The notes under the pieces were generated by a model. It saw only the letters and a program-made list of their open reading frames with translations, did not search any database and was not told the DNA's origin. The position numbers and the translations under genes were made by a program. A stretch of 64,000 bases of DNA from Verrucomicrobiota bacterium (GTDB taxonomy: Bacteria; Verrucomicrobiota; Verrucomicrobiia; Limisphaerales; AAA164-E04), in assembly GCA_047947115.1 (NCBI GenBank), contig CP170459.1, positions 1,728,001 through 1,792,000 of the forward strand, read 5' to 3'. The stretch's first letter is position 1, and the number at the start of each line of letters is the position of its first letter. Of this stretch, positions 29,971 through 38,084 are shown piece after piece.

Positions 29971-32900
29971 ATGAATATTTTGCTGACCATGCCCGCAAAT
30001 TTGCGGGTGTTTTGTGGGCTTTTCCTTTTCATTGTTTTGATGGGGATGGAAGCTCAGACATTACGTATCAATGAGTTTATGGCATCGAATGACGGTGTGT
30101 TGCTTGATGAGGATGGGGATAGTTCGGATTGGATTGAGATTTGGAATGAAGGACGGTCGCCGGTTTCGTTGGGGGGGCTGACCTTGACGGATGATTTGCA
30201 GGAGCCGGATCGCTGGGTTTTTCCAGATATGGAACTGGGTGCGAATGGATATCTGGTGGTGTTTGCGTCATCCAAGGACAGGCGTACGCCGGGTCGTGAA
30301 CTGCATACAAATTTCGAACTTGATCGAAATGGAGAAGCCCTGGCTTTGATGAAGAGAGGTGAAAATGGATATGAGCCCATTGAGGTTTTTGAATCCTATC
30401 CCCGGTTTCGGTCCAATGTCTCTTATGGTTTAGTCGTGGATCAGCCAACGGACACCTTTGTGTTCTTCAAACAACCCACTCCCGGAAGTGTCAACAGGGG
30501 CACTGGCGTTTTGGGATTTGTGCGGGATACCACTTTCAGTGTGGATCGGGGGTATTATGATGAGGCGTTTGATTTGGTGATTACAACCCCGACCCCGGGC
30601 GCAACGATTGTTTATACTTTGGATGGAACCATTCCTTCGGCGTCCAATGGCATTCGGGAGACCGCTTCGGGTGCTTCGGTTGCCCCTCAGGTTACGTTGC
30701 GCATTGAAAGCACCACACTGATACGTGCGATGGCGTTCAAGAACGGTTTCGAACCGACGGATGTGGATACACAATCGTACTTGTTTCATCAAGCATTGCT
30801 TCAGCAGGATGGAAGAGGTGAGCCCTACAGTCAATCCGTCCGATGGGGGCATGCCGGAGAGGATTGGGAGATGGATCCTCAAATATTGCAGCACAACAAC
30901 AGCGAGATTCGACCTGTGAAGGAGGATTTTTTACGACTGCCAACGTTGTCAGTTGTGATGGATTTTAAGGAAATGTTTGGTTCGGGGGGGATTTACATTG
31001 CCGGTCAAAGTGTGGAGCGCGATATGTCTGCGGAATGGATCAATCCGGATGGCGATATTCAGTCCCCTAACCAGAAGGCAGGTTTTCAGCATGACGGCAC
31101 GATTCAAATTGTGGGAGGAAGCAGTCCCAGCCGATGGAAATCGGATAAGTTGTCCATGCGATTGAAATTTAGCGGTGATTTGAGGTATCCCGTTTTTGGT
31201 GAGGAGGCCACCGATCGTTTTGATACCCTGGTGCTGGACGCGCGGTTGAACAACGTGTGGCATTACGGTGGCGGGGTGGAACCTGTTCCCCAACGGGATC
31301 GCGCCCAATACACGCGCGATCAATACGCCGCCAATCTGCATCAGGCCATGGGTGGACTTTCTCCGCATGGAAGGCATGCGCACATCATGATCAACGGCGT
31401 TTACTGGGGAATCCACACGGTGCATGAACGGCCTGACGACAATTTTGCCGCGAGTTATCTTGGGGGTGACAATGAGGACTACGATGTCGTTAAGCATGGA
31501 CCGGATGACGTCCTGCAGGGGAGTTCGGTCAATTACAGACAACTGCACAACCTGGCTGGACGTGATCTGTCTGATGCATTCAACTATGCTGCTGTTGAGG
31601 CTTTATTGGATATCGATGCGTTCATTGACTACATGGTCATGAATTATTACATCGGCAATGGTGATTGGGCGCATCATAATTGGTACGCCTCCTACAACAG
31701 AAAAGATCCGAACGGACGTTGGCGGTTTCACAGTTGGGATGCTGAGAAAGGATTGCACAATGTGACGGACAATGTCACGGGCAGGAATGATAACGGCGGG
31801 CCCACCTATTTGCATCATCAATTAGTTCGAAACGAAGCCTATCGTTTACGATTTGCCGATGATGCGTATCAGCACTTGCGCTATGGCGTGTTGACTCCGG
31901 AACAGGCGGGGCAGCTTTATCGGGAGATTTCGGATCCGATTGATTTGCCTATTCGTCTGGAATCCGCCCGTTGGGGGGATAATCAGCGAGGCAATCCTTA
32001 CACACGTTTGGATTGGATGGAGATTCGAGATTCGTTGTATGGCCAGAGCGCGAACAGGAATCTGGCAACTTACGATTATTTCAATCGTCGCAGCGAGATC
32101 GTGCTGAATCAGTTCAAATCGCAGAACTGGTTGCCTTCGATTGAACCTCCCACTTTCAACCAGCATGGAGGGCGTGTCAGCGGCGATTTCCGTCTGTCCA
32201 TTCAGGCTGCTGAGGCAGGGACGATATATTACACGACGGATGGAACAGATCCATTACCGGAGCTGGTAGCCGATTCCAGAATTGCTGTGGATCTGGTAGC
32301 AGAGACGGCGATGAAACGGGCCATCATGCCGACGGATGATTCGCTTGAGACTGTTTGGAACAAAGTGACCTTTAATGATGCAGCCTGGACAATTGCTCGT
32401 GACGGGGCGGGATATGAAAACAGTTCCGGTTATGAACCGTTTCTGGCTTCGGATTTTGATTTTGGAGATCAAGTCAGTGGAGGCGCTGTTGAGTCCATTT
32501 ACATGAGAGTGGTGTTTCAGATCAGCGATCCCGCAGCACTGGATTTACTGGAGTTGGGCATGCGGTATGACGATGGGTTCATTGCCTATTTGAACGGCCA
32601 GGAAATAGCACGCGCAAATGCTCCGGGTAGTGTGGGTAGGCCAGTAGCGTGGAATGCCTCCGCCTCCGGTAGTCATTCCGATGCTGCCGCTGCGGGGTTC
32701 GAGATCTTTGATGTCACCGCTGCCAAGGAATTTTTAAAGGAAGGTGAGAATGTTTTGGCTATTCATGGATTGAACGTTTCTGCAAGCAGCAGCGATTTCC
32801 TGATTTGGCCGATTCTCAAAGGCGTGATGGTGGAATCGGAGGAGCTTCCCACCACCGAGGCCGGAATCCAAGTCTACGAATCTCCGATTTCTCTCACTGA

Positions 32901-33909
32901 ATCGGCCACCGTCAAAGCACGAATTCAGTTGGCCGGCGTTTGGTCTCCGATCTTATCCGCGGACTTTGTGGTGGACGCTGTCCAGGCGGATGCATCGAAT
33001 GTGGTATTATCCGCGATTCACTATCATCCGGGCGCCCCTACACGGACTGAGATGGAGGCGGGATTCGACAATCGGCGTGATTTTGAGTTTCTCAGATTGA
33101 CGAATGTCAGTGATCAAACCGTTGATTTGCGTGGAGTCACCTTTACTTCGGGAATAGATTTTGCCTTTACACCGAATGTTCCGGTGCTGGAACTGGCACC
33201 CGGTGAATCGCTCGTTTTATGTTCGAATCCGGAAGCTTATCAAGCACGCTATAGATTGGCTGATCGGTTGGCCGGGGCGTTTGAAAACGGCACCAATCTA
33301 AATAATGGAGGCGAGCGGATTACTTTGGTAAATGCCGTTGGTGAAGTGATTGCGAGTGTCACTTATGGCGATCAAGCTCCTTGGCCCAATGAAGCTGACG
33401 GGAATGGTTATTTTCTTTCATTGTTACCAGATGCGACTGGAGAAGCCGTTGCTTTGCCGGAATCTTGGATAATCGTTTCGGAACAGGATATCCGGTTGCC
33501 GAGTGGTGCATTGGCAGCATTTCGTGAATGGTTGTCGCTTTATTTCAGTTCCGATGCATTGGCGGATCCTGCCGTGACGTCCTGGACCTCCGATCCTGAC
33601 GGTGATGGAATGAATCACTTCCAGGAGTATTTCCATGGGTCCGACCCCTCCATGCCTGGTACATCACCGAATTGGCCAATGGTCGTCAATGATCCCAACG
33701 AACCTGCTGCTGGGTGGGTGTTTGAATTTACCAAATCGAATCTGTTGCCCGGTGTGACGTGGGAAGTTCAGACCTCCACCGATTTGCTCAACTGGAGCAT
33801 ATTGCCTGCCGGAGCCCCGTCGAATGTGCCAGGCGGTCAGCGGTTCAGTTGGAATGCGGCCAACTCCACCGCTCAGTATTTTCGTTTATCCATTTCGGTG
33901 TCGGAATAA
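29971..33909 (+). CDS. Large secreted protein: lamin-tail domain, chitobiase/Fn3-associated domain, CotH kinase, second lamin-tail domain, C-terminal surface domain
   Basis: INEFMASN...DWIEIWN, YTLDGTIP, NGVYWG...ERPDD.F, DIDAFIDY, DW..HNW, WDAE, ESARWGD, DPDGDG.N...EY..G.DP, QTSTDLLNW...YFRL. Confidence 0.9.
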   Translation: MNILLTMPANLRVFCGLFLFIVLMGMEAQTLRINEFMASNDGVLLDEDGDSSDWIEIWNEGRSPVSLGGLTLTDDLQEPDRWVFPDMELGANGYLVVFASSKDRRTPGRELHTNFELDRNGEALALMKRGENGYEPIEVFESYPRFRSNVSYGLVVDQPTDTFVFFKQPTPGSVNRGTGVLGFVRDTTFSVDRGYYDEAFDLVITTPTPGATIVYTLDGTIPSASNGIRETASGASVAPQVTLRIESTTLIRAMAFKNGFEPTDVDTQSYLFHQALLQQDGRGEPYSQSVRWGHAGEDWEMDPQILQHNNSEIRPVKEDFLRLPTLSVVMDFKEMFGSGGIYIAGQSVERDMSAEWINPDGDIQSPNQKAGFQHDGTIQIVGGSSPSRWKSDKLSMRLKFSGDLRYPVFGEEATDRFDTLVLDARLNNVWHYGGGVEPVPQRDRAQYTRDQYAANLHQAMGGLSPHGRHAHIMINGVYWGIHTVHERPDDNFAASYLGGDNEDYDVVKHGPDDVLQGSSVNYRQLHNLAGRDLSDAFNYAAVEALLDIDAFIDYMVMNYYIGNGDWAHHNWYASYNRKDPNGRWRFHSWDAEKGLHNVTDNVTGRNDNGGPTYLHHQLVRNEAYRLRFADDAYQHLRYGVLTPEQAGQLYREISDPIDLPIRLESARWGDNQRGNPYTRLDWMEIRDSLYGQSANRNLATYDYFNRRSEIVLNQFKSQNWLPSIEPPTFNQHGGRVSGDFRLSIQAAEAGTIYYTTDGTDPLPELVADSRIAVDLVAETAMKRAIMPTDDSLETVWNKVTFNDAAWTIARDGAGYENSSGYEPFLASDFDFGDQVSGGAVESIYMRVVFQISDPAALDLLELGMRYDDGFIAYLNGQEIARANAPGSVGRPVAWNASASGSHSDAAAAGFEIFDVTAAKEFLKEGENVLAIHGLNVSASSSDFLIWPILKGVMVESEELPTTEAGIQVYESPISLTESATVKARIQLAGVWSPILSADFVVDAVQADASNVVLSAIHYHPGAPTRTEMEAGFDNRRDFEFLRLTNVSDQTVDLRGVTFTSGIDFAFTPNVPVLELAPGESLVLCSNPEAYQARYRLADRLAGAFENGTNLNNGGERITLVNAVGEVIASVTYGDQAPWPNEADGNGYFLSLLPDATGEAVALPESWIIVSEQDIRLPSGALAAFREWLSLYFSSDALADPAVTSWTSDPDGDGMNHFQEYFHGSDPSMPGTSPNWPMVVNDPNEPAAGWVFEFTKSNLLPGVTWEVQTSTDLLNWSILPAGAPSNVPGGQRFSWNAANSTAQYFRLSISVSE

Positions 33910-33920
33910 TCGATCTTCCC

Positions 33921-34745
33921 TCATGGAATCAGAAGTCGGTAAAAGACAGGTTCAGGCCCTGTGATCCATGGTTCCGAAATGGTTGTTGGTTCGTCGCCAA
34001 GCGTGATGGTTTGAATTGTTTCCCAGGACACACCATCGCGAGAAACCTGCACACTGATCTCTGAACCTGCCGTTCCTTCTGCTTGAAAGGTGAATGCTCC
34101 GTCGACCAGAGCAGGAGATGAAAGAGTCGGTGGTATCGCTGGCACTGACGCTGCTTCGATTGAATCGATGGCATTCCGGATGGTATTGATGCTTGGCCGG
34201 ATGGACTCGATATGCAGGATTTCCCATTGCTGGTGGGAGGGTGAATGATTTACGCCATTGATCACCACGAAATCCGATGCGCTGGTCCCTTCACCTCGAT
34301 TTGGAGGGAAGAACTGGTGTAGCGCCGTGTGAGCCCCGTCGTCCAGGACCAGGTCGAGGCCTGCCCGATCGGCAAAAAACAAGGAACTTCCTGTGGGCGC
34401 TCCACGATCATCTTTTTCCAGACCAATGACCTGAACGGGGATGCCGTGGGCATTGCCGCCACGTTCTTCGTAATACTGATGAATATCTTTCTCAACGACC
34501 GCTGAGTTGGCTCGGCAGGTGCCTCACCAGTAGAAAAAGAAATCCAGCAGGATGATGGACCCTTCGGCTTCGCTCAGGTTAAACGGTTCATCCGTTCTGA
34601 TATTCGTGAGTTCAAACAAGTCGGCTACTTCTCCGACACTCCTGCGAACGGATTGGGCTTGCAGGCCCGTAGCTGAGATACACACCACTGTTGCGATCGT
34701 GATTGCCAGCCATTTACCCAAAGGTTTTTTTGGTGAAATGTTCAT
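33921..34745 (-). CDS. Secreted TlpA/redoxin-like selenoprotein (UxxC) with C-terminal surface domain, 274 aa with Sec at codon 74
   Basis: ORFs 34524-34745 and 33921-34382 are one frame broken only by TGA at 34524-34526; LDFFFYW*GTC aligns with LDFFAYWCAPC of the adjacent paralog and homology continues past the stop; SECIS-like hairpin downstream. Confidence 0.88.
34491..34506 (-). promoter_or_regulatory. Candidate bacterial SECIS element
   Basis: mRNA CUCAGC-GGUC-GUUGAG 6-bp stem starting 17 nt after the UGA; GGUC apical loop like E. coli fdhF SECIS. Confidence 0.75.
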
Positions 34746-34765
34746 ATATCGTCTCCTTGAATGGA

Positions 34766-36412
34766 TTAAAACTTCACGTCAAATGCCGCCTGAAACAAGC
34801 CCCAATTTCTGTTTTGATAAATATCTTCGAAAAAAGGCGCGGCAATGTTTGCTTCTTCATATCGTGTCCAGTAAGGGCCAGCACTGACTCGCACACTGGA
34901 TTTTTCACCAACCCATCGCAAGCCCAGTCCCAAATGATAGCTCTTCAGTCCGGGAGGTGCATTGGAGGAAGGTAACGAGTTTTGTATCTCACCCGTGTCC
35001 TCGTAGAAGCGTCCGAAAAAACTCAGAAGCCATGATTCGCTCAAATCATGTTCCAGGGTCAGCCCGGTAAACCAGGAATTGAAACTCGGGTTTTCAGTTG
35101 CGGTAGCTGTTTGCCATCTCATGACCCAGGTTTCAGAAAGTGCCGCGTTGAGAGATCCTTGAAGGGACCAGCGCAGCTGTCGATCGGTCGTGTCTGTCAG
35201 TTGAAGCTCAAGCAGGGAACGCAGTCGCTTGGTCAGGACGTTTTCGGTTGCGATGCGATAAATGATGGAATCGATGCGGTCGCGTCCCAGGATGGTGACT
35301 CGTTCGAATTCCGCGCTGGGGGCGATATGATCACGGTAGAATCCTGCACCGGATTCAAGGTAACCTGATCCCGGCAGGTATTCCCACCGGGCCTGGGTGG
35401 ATAGTTGATAACCACGGGGATCGATTTCAGGATATCCGGCAAAAATGGGGAGGTTGCCGATCTGTTTGTAATACTCATGCAGCCATAGTGCGCGGTAGCT
35501 TTGGAATCCTTCGTAGTAACCTCCCTGCAGACGTAGTGTGAAATCGTCATTGATTTGCTGTGAAGCTCGTAGCTGACCGAGTATGCGTTCATTCCGAACA
35601 TTCATGGAGGTGAAAAACGGATCCGGCGAGCGCATGTCCAAATCGAATGTTTGAATCATGAGCCCCGCATCCCATTCGGTACGGCCGTAGGTATGACCGT
35701 ATCTCATATTCCATTGTGTCAGTTGATAATCATCCGTCAGAAGCGCTTCGCCGGCTGTTTCGAATGTGCGTTCTGTCAGCAGGTTTCTTTTCGAGTCAAA
35801 TTCGGGATCATTGGGTGTTTCTGCAGATGGTGTCGCGTCTGCATGTGGTTTTTCACCGATGGCATCAATCACGGATCTCAGTTGTTCGACGCCTTCAAAT
35901 CCGGCGTGTTGATAACGAATGACGAAACCGGACTCGGAACTTGTGCCGTCCAGCACCACAATCAATGGGATCCCCTGACTCTTGAATTGTTGCAGCAAAT
36001 GCCCTTCCAGGTCCTGAATCACGTGGGAAAGACCTGCACGACGGATGAACATGTCCGTCCGTCGAGGATTGGCGGACTCGACATTCACTGCGATCAATTC
36101 CACCGGGATCCCATGAGGGTTGCCTTCTTGGGAGGCGTAATAGGAGGCGATTTCGTTTTCCAGAATTGGGGACGTGCGGGCGCAAGGGGCGCACCAATAG
36201 GCAAAGAAATCCAGCACGATGATTTTCTCCTGATGTTGTTCAAAGGAAAATGTTTTCCCCGGGGAAGGAAGGAGCTCGGGTAAGTTGAGGTTGGAGAAAT
36301 CAAGGGCCACCTTCTGGCGAAGGCGGCTACTGGGGGTTGCGCTGTGGACGGGCCCGGTTGATAGCAAACTTACCAGGCACATTACGACCAAAATGAATCT
36401 TAATGGGCGCAT
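34766..36412 (-). CDS. TlpA-like thioredoxin (WCAPC) fused to an outer-membrane beta-barrel (DUF3570-like)
   Basis: Signal peptide, LDFFAYWCAPC and GIP cis-Pro loop, Pro/acidic linker, ~330 aa of alternating aromatic beta strands ending in AAFDVKF. Confidence 0.8.
   Translation of the reverse strand: MRPLRFILVVMCLVSLLSTGPVHSATPSSRLRQKVALDFSNLNLPELLPSPGKTFSFEQHQEKIIVLDFFAYWCAPCARTSPILENEIASYYASQEGNPHGIPVELIAVNVESANPRRTDMFIRRAGLSHVIQDLEGHLLQQFKSQGIPLIVVLDGTSSESGFVIRYQHAGFEGVEQLRSVIDAIGEKPHADATPSAETPNDPEFDSKRNLLTERTFETAGEALLTDDYQLTQWNMRYGHTYGRTEWDAGLMIQTFDLDMRSPDPFFTSMNVRNERILGQLRASQQINDDFTLRLQGGYYEGFQSYRALWLHEYYKQIGNLPIFAGYPEIDPRGYQLSTQARWEYLPGSGYLESGAGFYRDHIAPSAEFERVTILGRDRIDSIIYRIATENVLTKRLRSLLELQLTDTTDRQLRWSLQGSLNAALSETWVMRWQTATATENPSFNSWFTGLTLEHDLSESWLLSFFGRFYEDTGEIQNSLPSSNAPPGLKSYHLGLGLRWVGEKSSVRVSAGPYWTRYEEANIAAPFFEDIYQNRNWGLFQAAFDVKF
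36305..36330. repeat. Exact 26-bp REP copy inside a CDS
   Basis: GGCCACCTTCTGGCGAAGGCGGCTAC is identical to array units at 27770, 28331 and 28517. Confidence 0.9.
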
Positions 36413-36646
36413 GTAGGGTGTTTACAGCATTATTGGCACGCCGTGCAACCAGCAGCTTGAGCTCCGCCTGAACCGGCCGTGCCGGGTTCGATCTGGGTGA
36501 GCACGGTGGATTGATAGGCGAATACCGGTGAATCGGAAAAGGTCATATTGTGCTTGGAAACAAGACGTTGATCCTGTAAAGGGACCGCCTTGCATCCTGA
36601 AAGGAAACCCATGGCGATCAATAACGTGATACCTGTCCAACTTTTT

Positions 36647-37994
36647 GGTTCTTCGACAAAAACAATGGAATTGAGCATTTGGAACTATCGTGAGATGATG
36701 GCTCCATGAATATTGAGAAGACCATACATGGATTGCTGGGACTAGATGAGTGTTGGGAAGTTCGAGGCGTTGACTACGATTCTGAGACGGAAAAGTTTTT
36801 CATGGTTATTACTGAAACTGACAAACTCTGGGAGAAACAAGTTTGTCCCCATCAGACCTGCAAATCGTCTGGGATTACCTGTTACGATCACACCGAAACA
36901 AGGTCTTGGCGACATATGGATGTATTTGGAAAACGATCTGAAATTCTCTGCAATGTGCCTCGCGGCAAATGCCCATCTTGTCACCGAACCTATCGGGTTA
37001 AAGTCCCCTGGGAGGGTAAGGGAAAACATTTTACTCAAGCTTTTGAAGGATTTGCATTGGCGTTGATGAGGGAGATGCCAGTTAGTAAAGCATCAGGACT
37101 GATTGGAGAGTGTGATCAACGCATGTGGCGCATTCTTTTTGCCCATGTCGACGAAGCTTATTCAAAGTTGGATATGAGTGAAGTGGTTTGGATCGGTGCG
37201 GACGAATTGTCTGCACGCAAAGGGCATGATTACCTGACGGTGTTTGCTGATTTGATGGAGAAGCGAGTCATTTTTGCCACCGAGGGCAAAGACGCTGAAA
37301 CATTCCAACGCTTTGCAGATGCGTTATATGCGCACAACGGACATCCAAAAGCGATCACTCAAGTTGCCATCGATATGAGTCCGGCCTATCAAAAGGGAGT
37401 AAGGGAGAATCTAGGCAACGCAGAGATTGTATTCGACAAGTATCATGCTGTGGCCATGGTCAATGACGCAGTCGATAAAGTGCGCAAAGCCGAAGCAAAT
37501 CAAGGAGACAAGGATTCCAAAAAGGAGCTCAAAGCAAGTCGTTGGATATTTCGTAAAAATCCCTCCAATCTAACCAAGAGTCAAACCCAGCAGCTAGAGG
37601 AATTGGATTTGAAGAATTTAGTAACCGGAATCGCCTGCCAGATGCGATTAAATTTCCAACAAGTCTATCGCAGTCGCAATGAGGTTACAGCGCGAAAAAA
37701 CATGGTCAAATGGATAGGATGGGTAAAACGAAGGGCGAAAAATTCAGGGGACTTGTTGGAACCAATGATCAAGGTGGCAAACAGTATTGAACGTCACTTG
37801 GAAGGTATACTTGCTCATTGGAAAAAGAAACTGACCACAGCGTTCATGGAAGGATTGAATAGCGTTTTCAGCGCGGTCAAGCGGAAGGCCAGAGGTTTTC
37901 GCTCATCCGTATACATGACCACTATGCTTTACTTTGTAGCCGGCAAACTCAGAATCCCGGCTTAATTTAATTCCACTGGAATTGTCGAAGAACC
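36647..37994 (+). mobile_element. ISL3-family insertion sequence
   Basis: 26-bp terminal IRs GGTTCTTCGACAA...TGGAATT (22/26), 8-bp target duplication AACTTTTT at 36639-36646 and 37995-38002. Confidence 0.95.
36706..37965 (+). CDS. ISL3 transposase
   Basis: Zn finger CPHQTC...CPSC, IGADE, IDMSPAY, FDKYH, EGLNS...KRKARGF. Confidence 0.97.
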   Translation: MNIEKTIHGLLGLDECWEVRGVDYDSETEKFFMVITETDKLWEKQVCPHQTCKSSGITCYDHTETRSWRHMDVFGKRSEILCNVPRGKCPSCHRTYRVKVPWEGKGKHFTQAFEGFALALMREMPVSKASGLIGECDQRMWRILFAHVDEAYSKLDMSEVVWIGADELSARKGHDYLTVFADLMEKRVIFATEGKDAETFQRFADALYAHNGHPKAITQVAIDMSPAYQKGVRENLGNAEIVFDKYHAVAMVNDAVDKVRKAEANQGDKDSKKELKASRWIFRKNPSNLTKSQTQQLEELDLKNLVTGIACQMRLNFQQVYRSRNEVTARKNMVKWIGWVKRRAKNSGDLLEPMIKVANSIERHLEGILAHWKKKLTTAFMEGLNSVFSAVKRKARGFRSSVYMTTMLYFVAGKLRIPA

Positions 37995-38084
37995 AACTTT
38001 TTCTTATCCAATTGGTTTTCATTGTTTTGATTTAAGCCCGAAATCGTTTAGGAGCTGAGCCGACTCCTTCCAGAGCATGCCAAC

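Larger units (their letters stand above)
36430..38022 (-). pseudogene. DUF4266-like small lipoprotein interrupted by ISL3
   Basis: Removing the IS and one TSD restores MKTNWIRKSWTGITLLIAMGFLSG-CKAVP...LVSKHNMTF...GSGGAQAAGCTACQ (lipobox LSGC, Gly-rich Cys tail). Confidence 0.8.
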
